Of a stretch of DNA of 64,000 bases, positions 42,042-50,836 are shown in pieces (the stretch's first letter is position 1; every line of letters begins with the position of its first letter). The notes under the pieces were generated by a model. The model searched no databases, was not told the DNA's origin, and saw nothing but the letters and a program-made list of their open reading frames with translations. The DNA is from an uncultured Bacilli bacterium. GTDB taxonomy: Bacteria > Bacillota_I > Bacilli_A > RF39 > UBA660. The stretch is taken from positions 1,128-65,127 of the forward strand of contig CAKPIS010000007.1 of the NCBI GenBank assembly GCA_934162425.1, read 5' to 3'. Made by a program: the position numbers and the translations under genes.

Positions 42042-43217
42042 TTATGAATCAATTTCTTTCTTTTTTGTTTTACTTTTCTCTAACATTTTAGCGTCATCAA
42101 CTTGTTTTAATCCCAAATTAATAAAGTATATTATTACAAGCCAAGCTAATATTGTCATAGTTATTTGAACTAGGTAGTATGGAGAATTAATTGGCATATC
42201 CCAAATACCATGTAACACAGCTGGAATTAAACATATAAGTAAAAATCTCTTATCATTTAAATGTTTTCTATCTAATTTTTCAAATCCCTTAACATACATT
42301 AATGCTGCTCCTTCAATAGCTGCCCAAGCAACATGTCCTCCTGGAGCTAAAAATCCACGTAATTTAATTATACTAAGCATAGCAGCATTTCCACTATTTA
42401 AACCAAATCTTAAAATATATCCAGCTGTTTCAAATGCTGCAAACCCAGCTCCAACTGCTGCTCCTATAAGTAATCCATCTAGAATATAATTACTTTTTTT
42501 ACTTTTAAATAGGAATAATGCAACTACTATAGCCTTAGCAACTTCTTCTACAAAACCAACTGTTAATGCACCTGTATATGTTGATATATCCATATTAAAT
42601 CCTAGTGTTGAAAGTAATATCGTAAAAATTAAACTTAAAGCTCCTCCAAGTACGAAATACTTAACAACTTTATAAAATGGAATATTTCTAAACAAATTAA
42701 TTTCATAAAAGAACATTAATACCGTAACTGGAATAGCAAATGCACCAAGCATTATCATAGCAGGTAAAAAATTTACTTGTCCATATGTAATATAACCCAT
42801 TCTTGTTGGTATATATGCAATTATAAAAAATATCAGTATCTTAAAATATACCCATGCACTTGCATTTTTAGGATCAATGTCGCTAACTTTAGGTGTAGTT
42901 CTTTCATCACCACATATAAATACTTCATCTAATTCTTTATCATCATGTTTTTTAAAAGTATTTTTAAACAAATCTTTAAACGTAACATAGTTTTCTGATT
43001 TAGCACCTGTTATCTTATCTAGATTTTCTGTTATTATATTTGTTTGAACCTTCTTAACTAAAGGAAAACCACATTCAGGGCAATTTTGTTCATCACCATT
43101 TATTTTTTTACCACACTCTGGACAAACCTCATTTGATTGCTTAATACCACAATGTGGACATACCTTTGCACTAGATGATATTTCTTTTTTACATTCACTA
43201 CATTTAATTAACGCCAT
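42042..43217 (-). CDS. double zinc-ribbon / PrsW-family intramembrane protease fusion
   Basis: N-terminal CSEC...CPHCG and CPEC..CPECG ribbons; polytopic domain with EEVAK, FAAFE, GHVAWAA, HGIWD (PrsW-type motifs). Confidence 0.75.
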   Translation of the reverse strand: MALIKCSECKKEISSSAKVCPHCGIKQSNEVCPECGKKINGDEQNCPECGFPLVKKVQTNIITENLDKITGAKSENYVTFKDLFKNTFKKHDDKELDEVFICGDERTTPKVSDIDPKNASAWVYFKILIFFIIAYIPTRMGYITYGQVNFLPAMIMLGAFAIPVTVLMFFYEINLFRNIPFYKVVKYFVLGGALSLIFTILLSTLGFNMDISTYTGALTVGFVEEVAKAIVVALFLFKSKKSNYILDGLLIGAAVGAGFAAFETAGYILRFGLNSGNAAMLSIIKLRGFLAPGGHVAWAAIEGAALMYVKGFEKLDRKHLNDKRFLLICLIPAVLHGIWDMPINSPYYLVQITMTILAWLVIIYFINLGLKQVDDAKMLEKSKTKKKEIDS

Positions 43218-43222
43218 GTTCT

Positions 43223-43969
43223 TTACCTCCCTTGCGATAATGTACTAATTATATGTTCTACTACACTATTAATTTCAGAAGAATTAGTATTTTCTTCCTT
43301 AGAAGCTATCATATAAACATTGTTATTCATAATAGTAGCATATCTATTATCTACTACTAAATGCCCACTAGATGTATAGTTATATGCTAATCCATAAACT
43401 GTTTTACCACCTATTTGACCAGATACTAAATCTATTGTTATTGTAAGATCACTATACTCTTTTCTCATGTAATCAGTAAATGCATTTAAAAACTGTACTT
43501 CATTTGTGTAACCTGTATATCTACCAACAATTATATATGGTATTAAAGCTCCCTCATTATCAATATTTTTAGCTACGTAAATAAAACCATCCTTATCAGT
43601 TGCAACTTTGTATGAACTAGGATATTCAAAAGATATACCTAATTTCGAATCAGTATAAGTCATATATCCACTTGTTTTAGCAGGTTCTGTTGTACCTTGT
43701 GTATCTGGATTATTAGTTTTATTATTGTTTGTAGTACCCTTATTTTGTGTATATATTAGAAATAAAATAATTACTACTGCAAATATAAATAAATATCTAT
43801 AACTATCTTTTTTAAATTTACCAGTAAATCTACTTCCATTATTACTTGTGTTATTGTTATTATTACCTAAGTTATTTGCATTCTTATTTAACTCATAACC
43901 ACACTTTGGACAAACCTCTGCCTTATCACTAATCTTATTATTACATTCTGGACACTTAATTAAAGCCAT
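43223..43969 (-). CDS. zinc-ribbon, single-pass membrane protein with extracytoplasmic domain
   Basis: MALIKCPECNNKISDKAEVCPKCG is paralogous to the N-terminus of the downstream gene; TM LFIFAVVIILFLIY. Confidence 0.55.
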   Translation of the reverse strand: MALIKCPECNNKISDKAEVCPKCGYELNKNANNLGNNNNNTSNNGSRFTGKFKKDSYRYLFIFAVVIILFLIYTQNKGTTNNNKTNNPDTQGTTEPAKTSGYMTYTDSKLGISFEYPSSYKVATDKDGFIYVAKNIDNEGALIPYIIVGRYTGYTNEVQFLNAFTDYMRKEYSDLTITIDLVSGQIGGKTVYGLAYNYTSSGHLVVDNRYATIMNNNVYMIASKEENTNSSEINSVVEHIISTLSQGR

Positions 43970-43983
43970 ATTTACATCCTCCT

Positions 43984-45087
43984 TTATTTATCAATATAAC
44001 CACTTGTTTTTTGTGTGTACATCTCATCTGTTACAGACTTATATCTTTGACCATCATAATCATCATTAAAACCATTGTAAGCTTTATAAATTTCATTAGT
44101 TTCAGTATCATATACCCTTTCATAGCCAAGTGTTGCATCACTTTGTTTTTGACTCATAATATCATAAGTCTTATTTCTATTTTCCCATGCACTCATATAT
44201 GAATCAAAAGCTCTTTGTATTGAAGCACTAAGTTCTAAAGCTTTTTTAGTTTGTGCATTTCCATCATCAATTGTTTGTTTAACATAACTATCTGTAAAAG
44301 AAATAGAATTAATAGAATTTAATAATATGTCTTTATAATTTACAAATTCATTTTCATCTGCAGTTATCGCCATTATATCGTATACCATATAATATAATGT
44401 ATCTATTCCGTTAATATAATTATCACCAAAGTTAACAATAGAAGCTAAAAATAATCCTTCACCTTTTTTATTATTAGAACCAGTAAATGTACCTCTTAAT
44501 ACTTTACTATCTAATGCTACACTTTTCATTGAAGCATTACCTTCTTGTTCTTCTATTTTTGTAAAATTAGAATATGTAGGAAAATCAAAGCTTGATAAAG
44601 TAGACTCTGCATTTTTTATATAATTTGCTATATCACCAAACTTTTCATAGAACCCTTGAACAGTTGGATTATCCAAAACAACAGCATCAGCAAATAATTT
44701 GTACTGTCCTTTAGACAAGTTAGAATAATCCTTCCAAAAGTTTTTGGATGCTTCACTTTTAAGTAGTGGCTGAATTTTAAGCATTAAAAATATAGAATTA
44801 TTAGTATTATTAGGATCTGTTACTTTTATTGCATAATACATTCCAACTCCAACACCACTAACTGTCCAACCTTTTGGCTTCTTCATTGTAAATACTGAAC
44901 TTTCATAATCCTCTAATGTTAAAGTAGATACCTCACTTTTTCTAATTTTTAACTTAGCTTCGTTTTTAGTTACAATTTTTCTATCTTTATTCCCACTTTT
45001 TTTATTAGGATTAATCAAAAATATTAGAGCTACTACTATTACTATAGCGGCCAATAATAAGTTTTTATTTTTTTTAATAAATTCCAT
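43984..45087 (-). CDS. hypothetical membrane-anchored extracytoplasmic protein
   Basis: 367 aa, N-terminal TM helix; first gene of a tightly spaced three-gene minus-strand unit. Confidence 0.5.
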   Translation of the reverse strand: MEFIKKNKNLLLAAIVIVVALIFLINPNKKSGNKDRKIVTKNEAKLKIRKSEVSTLTLEDYESSVFTMKKPKGWTVSGVGVGMYYAIKVTDPNNTNNSIFLMLKIQPLLKSEASKNFWKDYSNLSKGQYKLFADAVVLDNPTVQGFYEKFGDIANYIKNAESTLSSFDFPTYSNFTKIEEQEGNASMKSVALDSKVLRGTFTGSNNKKGEGLFLASIVNFGDNYINGIDTLYYMVYDIMAITADENEFVNYKDILLNSINSISFTDSYVKQTIDDGNAQTKKALELSASIQRAFDSYMSAWENRNKTYDIMSQKQSDATLGYERVYDTETNEIYKAYNGFNDDYDGQRYKSVTDEMYTQKTSGYIDK

Positions 45088-45153
45088 TAATTAAACACCT
45101 TACCTTTTATACCTATTTAATTATAGTTTAAATTATTTATATTAACAATTAAC

Positions 45154-45184
45154 TTGCCATTTAATTCATTGTTTTTAATGGCAA
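45154..45184. promoter_or_regulatory. inverted repeat in the divergent promoter region of element 1 (operator or attenuator candidate)
   Basis: TTGCCATT-N15-AATGGCAA followed by T7 on the plus strand, ~55 nt upstream of the HTH gene. Confidence 0.3.
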
Positions 45185-45239
45185 CTTTTTTTATCTATTT
45201 CCAATTTATATAGTATAATAAACATATGAGGTGATAAAT

Positions 45240-46970
45240 TTGACATTTAAAGACACACTTAATTCATATTTAAAAGAAATAAATTCTTCATCAAAAAAAT
45301 TATCTGATGTATCTGGCATTTCTGAATCAGTTATAAGTAGATATAGAAGTGGAGATAGAACACCTAATAAAAATGAAGTTTTATTAAAACTATCTGATGC
45401 TATATATACTATTTCATTAGAAAATAATAAATTAAATTATAAAAAAGAAGATATCTTAAAAAAATTAAAGGACTCTACTAAAGAAGATGAATTTAACTAT
45501 GATACCTTTAGTTTAAATTTTAATAAATTAATATCTGCTCTTAATATTAACACAAATGATATGTCAAAATACATCGTATTTGATGCATCACATATTTCTA
45601 GAATAAGATATGCAAAATCAAAACCATCAGATCCTAAAGAGTTTAGTACTAAAATTTGTAATTATGTTACATCAAAATATAATGATAGTGATAGTTTAAA
45701 TATATTATCTACACTAATGGGTTGTAAAAAAGAAAAAATAGAAAAAGATTTATTTAATACACTTTATAATTGGTTAATAAATAATGATTGTAATAATTAT
45801 AAAAACAACATAGAAAACTTTCTAAATCATTTAAATGAGTTTAATTTAAATGATTATATAAAAGCTATTAAGTTTGATGAATTAAAGGTACCTAATATAC
45901 CTTTTTACAGAGGAAAAACTAAAAATTACTACGGATTAGAAGAAATGAAAAAAGCAGAATTAGACTTTTTTAAAATAGCCGTTTTATCCAAGAATAAAGA
46001 AGATATATTTATGCATAGCGATATGCCTATGGAAGATATGGCAAAAGATGTTTTGTTTGGAAAAAAGTGGATGTTTGGGATAGCCCTAAGTCTTAAAAAA
46101 GGACTTAATTTAAATATAATACATAATCTAGATAGACCATTTGATGAAATGATGTTAGGGCTTGAAAGTTGGATTCCTATATATATGACTGGACAAGTAT
46201 CACCTTACTATTTAAAAGAAGTTAAAAATAGTGTATACAATCATTTAAATTATGTATGTGGTAGTGCTGCTTTATGTGGTGAATGTATTAAAGGATATCA
46301 TGATAAAGGTAAATATTATTTAACAAATAATAAAAAAGAAATAGAATATTACAAAGAAAAAGCTAATTTATTACTTAAGAAAGCTAATAGTTTAATGGAC
46401 ATATATAAGGAAGAAAATAAAAATGATTTTAAGGTGTTTATGTTAAACGATTCCAAATTAAAAGTTAACAGAAAAAGAATAATATCTACTCTTCCTATTG
46501 AAACTATAGATAATAATTTATTAGAAGAAATATTAAAATATAATAATGTTAGTAAAAAAGATGAAAAACTAATTTTAAAATATAAGATGGAAGAAGAGGA
46601 AAATATTAACAAAATATTAAAAGATAGTATTATAGAAAATGTTATATATGAAGTTAAAAAAGATGAATTTGTAAACGAAGAGTTTTATTTATCATTAGAA
46701 AATATGTTTTATGATAAAAAGATAAAATATACTTATGATATGTATAAAAAACATTTAGCATCAAGTAAAAGCTATTCTAAAAAGCATCAAAATTATAAAA
46801 TAATAAAAGCAAAAGATAAAACATTTAAAAACATATCTATAACCATTTTAAAAGATAATTACGTGATATTATCTAAAAGTGCTAATCCAATAATACATTT
46901 TGTAATTAGACACCCTAAATTAGTTAATGCAATAGAAAATTTTAGTCCTTTGGTAAAAGAAGAGGCATAG
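45240..46970 (+). CDS. large helix-turn-helix protein (two XRE-like HTH segments, ~400-aa unknown C-terminal region)
   Basis: ...LSDVSGISESVISRYRSGDRTPN... and ...MSKYIVFDASHISRIRYAKSKPS...; TTG 45240 preceded by GAGGTGA. Confidence 0.6.
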   Translation: MTFKDTLNSYLKEINSSSKKLSDVSGISESVISRYRSGDRTPNKNEVLLKLSDAIYTISLENNKLNYKKEDILKKLKDSTKEDEFNYDTFSLNFNKLISALNINTNDMSKYIVFDASHISRIRYAKSKPSDPKEFSTKICNYVTSKYNDSDSLNILSTLMGCKKEKIEKDLFNTLYNWLINNDCNNYKNNIENFLNHLNEFNLNDYIKAIKFDELKVPNIPFYRGKTKNYYGLEEMKKAELDFFKIAVLSKNKEDIFMHSDMPMEDMAKDVLFGKKWMFGIALSLKKGLNLNIIHNLDRPFDEMMLGLESWIPIYMTGQVSPYYLKEVKNSVYNHLNYVCGSAALCGECIKGYHDKGKYYLTNNKKEIEYYKEKANLLLKKANSLMDIYKEENKNDFKVFMLNDSKLKVNRKRIISTLPIETIDNNLLEEILKYNNVSKKDEKLILKYKMEEEENINKILKDSIIENVIYEVKKDEFVNEEFYLSLENMFYDKKIKYTYDMYKKHLASSKSYSKKHQNYKIIKAKDKTFKNISITILKDNYVILSKSANPIIHFVIRHPKLVNAIENFSPLVKEEA

Positions 46971-47033
46971 AGTTAATCTATGTCTTTAATATTTTATCTT
47001 TAATTTAATATATTTAAATTAGAGGTGTTTATT

Positions 47034-47177
47034 TTGAAATACAATGTAGATGAAATTTATGATGAAAATTTAACTTATGATATTTTAAAAATAATAATTA
47101 ATCAAAAAATATATAATATCATAGAAAAGTTAGAATTTAATTTATGCCCAGATATGGATGGTAATTATATTGAATAA
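47034..47177 (+). CDS. possible small acidic protein overlapping the recombinase start (RDF candidate)
   Basis: Own reading: AGAGGTG-N6-TTG, 47 aa (KYNVDEIYDENLTYDILKII...); stop overlaps the recombinase start by 20 nt. Confidence 0.25.
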   Translation: MKYNVDEIYDENLTYDILKIIINQKIYNIIEKLEFNLCPDMDGNYIE

Positions 47178-48789
47178 TTTAAACAGAACGTTAAGAGTTG
47201 GCATTTATTTAAGATTATCTAATGAAGATAAAGATAAGGCTTATAAAAATGATGTAAGTGAATCAATTAAGAACCAAAGAAACATGCTTATTGAGTATAT
47301 TAATAAACACCCCGAATTTATACTTATAGATGAATATTCTGATGAAGATTTATCAGGTGCTGGGACATATAGACCAGAGTTCGAAAGATTAATTAAGGAC
47401 TGTAAAAACAGAAAATTAGATATAGTGTTATGTAAAAGTCAGTCTAGATTTTCAAGGGATATGGAAATCGTTGAAAGATATATAAATAACAAATTTAAAG
47501 AATGGAATATTAGATTTATTAGTTTAGTAGATAATGCTGATACTTTAATTTTAGGAAATAAAAAGTCAAGGCAAATAAATGGATTAGTTAATGAGTGGTA
47601 CTTAGAAGATGTATCTAATAATATTAGGAGTGCTTTTTTTTCTAAAATGAAACAAGGAGAATTTATTTCACCCTTTGCTTCACTTGGATATGAAGTTTCA
47701 AAAGAAAATAACAATAAATTAGTAATTGATAAAGAGGCTGCTTTAATTGTAAAGATAATATTCAATTTATATTTAATGGGTTTTGGATACATGAGGATAG
47801 CTAAATACTTAAATGATAAAGCAATCCCCTCTCCTTCACTATACAAGTATAAAAAAGGAATCAAATTAAATGTAATTAGTAATAAACCAAGGGATAAAAT
47901 TAAATGGAATTCATCTGCTATTAAAAGTATTTTATCAAATGAACTTTATTTAGGTCATTTAATCCAAGGTAAAAGAACTACCGTTAGCTATAAAAATCAT
48001 AAAATAATAAATAGACCTAAAAATGAATGGATAAAAATTAAAAATACACACGAAGCTATAATAGATGAAGAAACTTTTATGAAAGTACAAAAAGCTATGA
48101 AAGAAAGAACAAAGGTAGCTAAAAATACAGGTAAAATTCATAATTTTTCTGGAAAGGTCTTTTGCTTAGAATGCGATAGTTACATGAGAAAAAAAAATTC
48201 TAGCAAGCATGAGTATTTAGTTTGTTCTAATAATCAAGATAGTTGTTGCAAAAACAAGTCATCTGTGCGTTATGAAGTATTAGAAAATATTATTTTAAGT
48301 GAAATAAATAAAAAAATCAAAAGTTATTATGATGGGCAACTATTAAAAAAAGAAATATTAAAAAAGAAAAAAGCTATATCCCAAAAAAAACTTTCATTAT
48401 TAGAAAATCAAAAAAAAGAATTACTCTTAAATTTATCTAAAACAAGCAACTATTTACAAAATCTTTATGAAGATAAAGTTAATAATATTATTACTAAAGA
48501 GCAATTCGAAAGTTTAATTACAATTTATAATAATGATAGAGATAATTATAAAGAAAAGATTAAATTTATTAATAATGAAATTATACATTATAAAGAAAAA
48601 GAAAAGAATAATGATAACGATGAAAAGATTTTATGTAAATATCAAGAATTTAGCAAATTAAATAGAATTATTATCCAAGAATTTATAGATAAAATATATA
48701 TAGGAAAAATAAATAAAGAAGTTAAAGTAAGAGATATTAAAATAAAGTGGAATTTTAATATGTTAGAGGGAAAGATAAAAGTTTTGTAG
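47158..48789 (+). CDS. large serine recombinase (element 1)
   Basis: 543 aa; RVGIYLRLSNED catalytic-Ser segment, SRFSRD, recombinase and zinc-ribbon region (CLECDS...CSNN), coiled-coil tail. Confidence 0.85.
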   Translation: MVIILNNLNRTLRVGIYLRLSNEDKDKAYKNDVSESIKNQRNMLIEYINKHPEFILIDEYSDEDLSGAGTYRPEFERLIKDCKNRKLDIVLCKSQSRFSRDMEIVERYINNKFKEWNIRFISLVDNADTLILGNKKSRQINGLVNEWYLEDVSNNIRSAFFSKMKQGEFISPFASLGYEVSKENNNKLVIDKEAALIVKIIFNLYLMGFGYMRIAKYLNDKAIPSPSLYKYKKGIKLNVISNKPRDKIKWNSSAIKSILSNELYLGHLIQGKRTTVSYKNHKIINRPKNEWIKIKNTHEAIIDEETFMKVQKAMKERTKVAKNTGKIHNFSGKVFCLECDSYMRKKNSSKHEYLVCSNNQDSCCKNKSSVRYEVLENIILSEINKKIKSYYDGQLLKKEILKKKKAISQKKLSLLENQKKELLLNLSKTSNYLQNLYEDKVNNIITKEQFESLITIYNNDRDNYKEKIKFINNEIIHYKEKEKNNDNDEKILCKYQEFSKLNRIIIQEFIDKIYIGKINKEVKVRDIKIKWNFNMLEGKIKVL

Positions 48790-48914
48790 AACAATATGAG
48801 TGGAAGGTTATATTTTTATATAATCTTTTTTAAATGCTAATTAAAAGGAAGTGAAAACTAATAAAAAACGAGATTATATTATTTGAAAATCAAAACGTAA
48901 AATTAGAAGTTAAT

Positions 48915-49799
48915 ATGAAAGATGAAAGCGTTTGGCTAAATCGTGAGCAATTAGCTATGCTTTTTGATAGAGATATTAAAACAATAGGCAAACATATTAA
49001 TAATGCTTTAAATGAAGAACTAGATAATTCAGTTGTCGCAAAATTTGCGACAACTGCAAAAGATGGTAAAACTTATCAAGTAGAATATTACAATTTAGAT
49101 ATGATAATTAGTGTTGGTTATCGTGTTAAGAGTCAAAATGGTGTTATTTTTAGAAAATGGGCAAATAAAGTATTAAAAGATTATATAATTAAAGGTTATG
49201 CAGCCAATCAAAAAAGACTAGAATATCTTGAAAAAGCAATTAAATTAATAGATATTGCTGGAAGAATAGATACTGAATTAAAAGGTACAGAAGCTGGGGA
49301 AATAATTAAAGTAATAAATAACTATTCAAATGCTTTAAATTTACTTAATGACTATGACCATAAGCGAATAACTAAACCAAATGGTACAAAAAATAACAAA
49401 AAGATTACTTATGAAGAGTGTATTAGTATAGTTAATAAACTTAAATTTAATAGTGATAGTGACTTATTTGCACTTGAACGAGATGATGGTTTAAAAGAGG
49501 TTATAGGCACTATATATCAATCTTTTGATGGTAAAGACTTATATCCTAGCATTCAAGAAAAAGCAGCCAATTTCTTATATTTAATAACTAAAAACCATAC
49601 TTTCATTGATGGTAATAAAAGAATTGCTGCTACACTATTTATCTATTTTCTTGAATTCTATAATATTCTATATAAAGAAAATGTACAAGTTATTGATAAT
49701 AATTCTCTTGTTGCTATTACACTACTTATAGCAGAGTCTAATCCGAAAGAAAAAGATATACTAATTGATTTAGTAATGAACTTCTTGAAAAATAAATAA
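48915..49799 (+). CDS. RhuM-family N-terminal domain fused to a Fic/Doc domain
   Basis: VWLNREQLAMLF...KHINN, ...YYNLDMIISVGYRVKSQNGVIFRKWA (RhuM pattern); C-terminal HTFIDGNKRIAA = Doc-type HxFxDGNKR motif. Frame is open 60 nt further upstream without a canonical start. Confidence 0.8.
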   Translation: MKDESVWLNREQLAMLFDRDIKTIGKHINNALNEELDNSVVAKFATTAKDGKTYQVEYYNLDMIISVGYRVKSQNGVIFRKWANKVLKDYIIKGYAANQKRLEYLEKAIKLIDIAGRIDTELKGTEAGEIIKVINNYSNALNLLNDYDHKRITKPNGTKNNKKITYEECISIVNKLKFNSDSDLFALERDDGLKEVIGTIYQSFDGKDLYPSIQEKAANFLYLITKNHTFIDGNKRIAATLFIYFLEFYNILYKENVQVIDNNSLVAITLLIAESNPKEKDILIDLVMNFLKNK

Positions 49800-49830
49800 T
49801 AATTAAAAAAATATCCAGAACACTTATAAA

Positions 49831-49851
49831 AAGTGTCTTTAATACATTCAA
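49831..49851. repeat. right terminal inverted arm of element 1
   Basis: AAGTGTCTTTAATACATTCAA. Confidence 0.85.
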
Positions 49852-50193
49852 AGAGTTGCCTTAATTAGGACACTAGCTATTAAACCAGATATACTTCTTT
49901 TAGATGAACCGTTTTCAGCATTAGATTATCAAACTAGGATAAATGTATCTGATGATGTATATAAAATTATAAAAGAAGAGAAAAAAACAGCAATAATGGT
50001 TACACATGATATATCTGAAGCAATCGCTATGGCTGATAAAGTTATAGTATTAAGTAAAAGACCAGCTGTAGTTAAAAATAGTTATACAATTGAAATGGAA
50101 TGCAAAAACTTACCAAGCATAAATAGAAAAAATAAAAAATTTGACTACTATTATGACTTAATTTGGAAGGACTTTGATTATCATGAAAGCTAA
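49843..50193 (+). pseudogene. ABC transporter ATP-binding protein, 3' fragment
   Basis: Frame open from 49843: ..QRVALIRTLAIKPDILLLDEPFSALD (Walker B), MVTHD (H-loop); no start codon of its own until 49996. Confidence 0.85.
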
Positions 50194-50815
50194 AAATGAA
50201 TACAAGACTTACCTAAAAAAATTAAGAATATCAAAAATTAGAGTCTTACTTTGTCAAATATCAATATTTTTACTATTTATAATAACATGGCAAATACTTG
50301 CAGATAAAAATATAATAAGCACATTTCTATTTTCAAGTCCTACTAAAATAGTTCAAACCATAATCAATCTAGCTACTAAAAATGAATTATTTATTCATAT
50401 TCTAGTAACATTAAAAGAAATATTAATTAGCTTTACAATAGGTACAATAATAGGCATATTATTTGCAGCTATACTATGGCTTAGTCCATTTTTATCAAAA
50501 GTATTAGATCCATATTTAACTATACTTAATAGTTTGCCTAAAGTATCACTTGGTCCTATAATAATTATTTGGGCTGGAGCTAATCAAAATTCCGTTATAA
50601 TAATGGCACTTTTAATATCAGTTATATCAACTATTATATCAGTCTATTCTGGTTTTAAACAAACGAATAAAAATAGCATTAAGCTTCTTAAAAGCTTTAA
50701 TGCCAATAATTTTCAAATATTTACAAGTGTTATTTTTAAAGCTAATATAAATACAATTATAAGTTCACTTAAAATTAACCTATCAATGACCTTTGTTGGG
50801 CTAATGGTAATATGA
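50183..50815 (+). pseudogene. ABC transporter permease, 5' fragment (interrupted by element 2)
   Basis: Overlaps the ATPase 3' end as in an operon; 5 TM segments; ends ...LSMTFVGLMVI then TGA at the junction. Confidence 0.8.
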
Positions 50816-50836
50816 AGAGAAAAAATATTTTTAAAA

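Larger units (their letters stand above)
41985..49859. mobile_element. integrated element 1 (7,864 bp between cores) encoding a large serine recombinase; coordinates include both 11-bp cores
   Basis: Direct repeat CAAAGAGTTGC at 41985-41995 and 49849-49859; 21-bp inverted arms just inside; host gene restored in frame on deletion. Confidence 0.8.
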
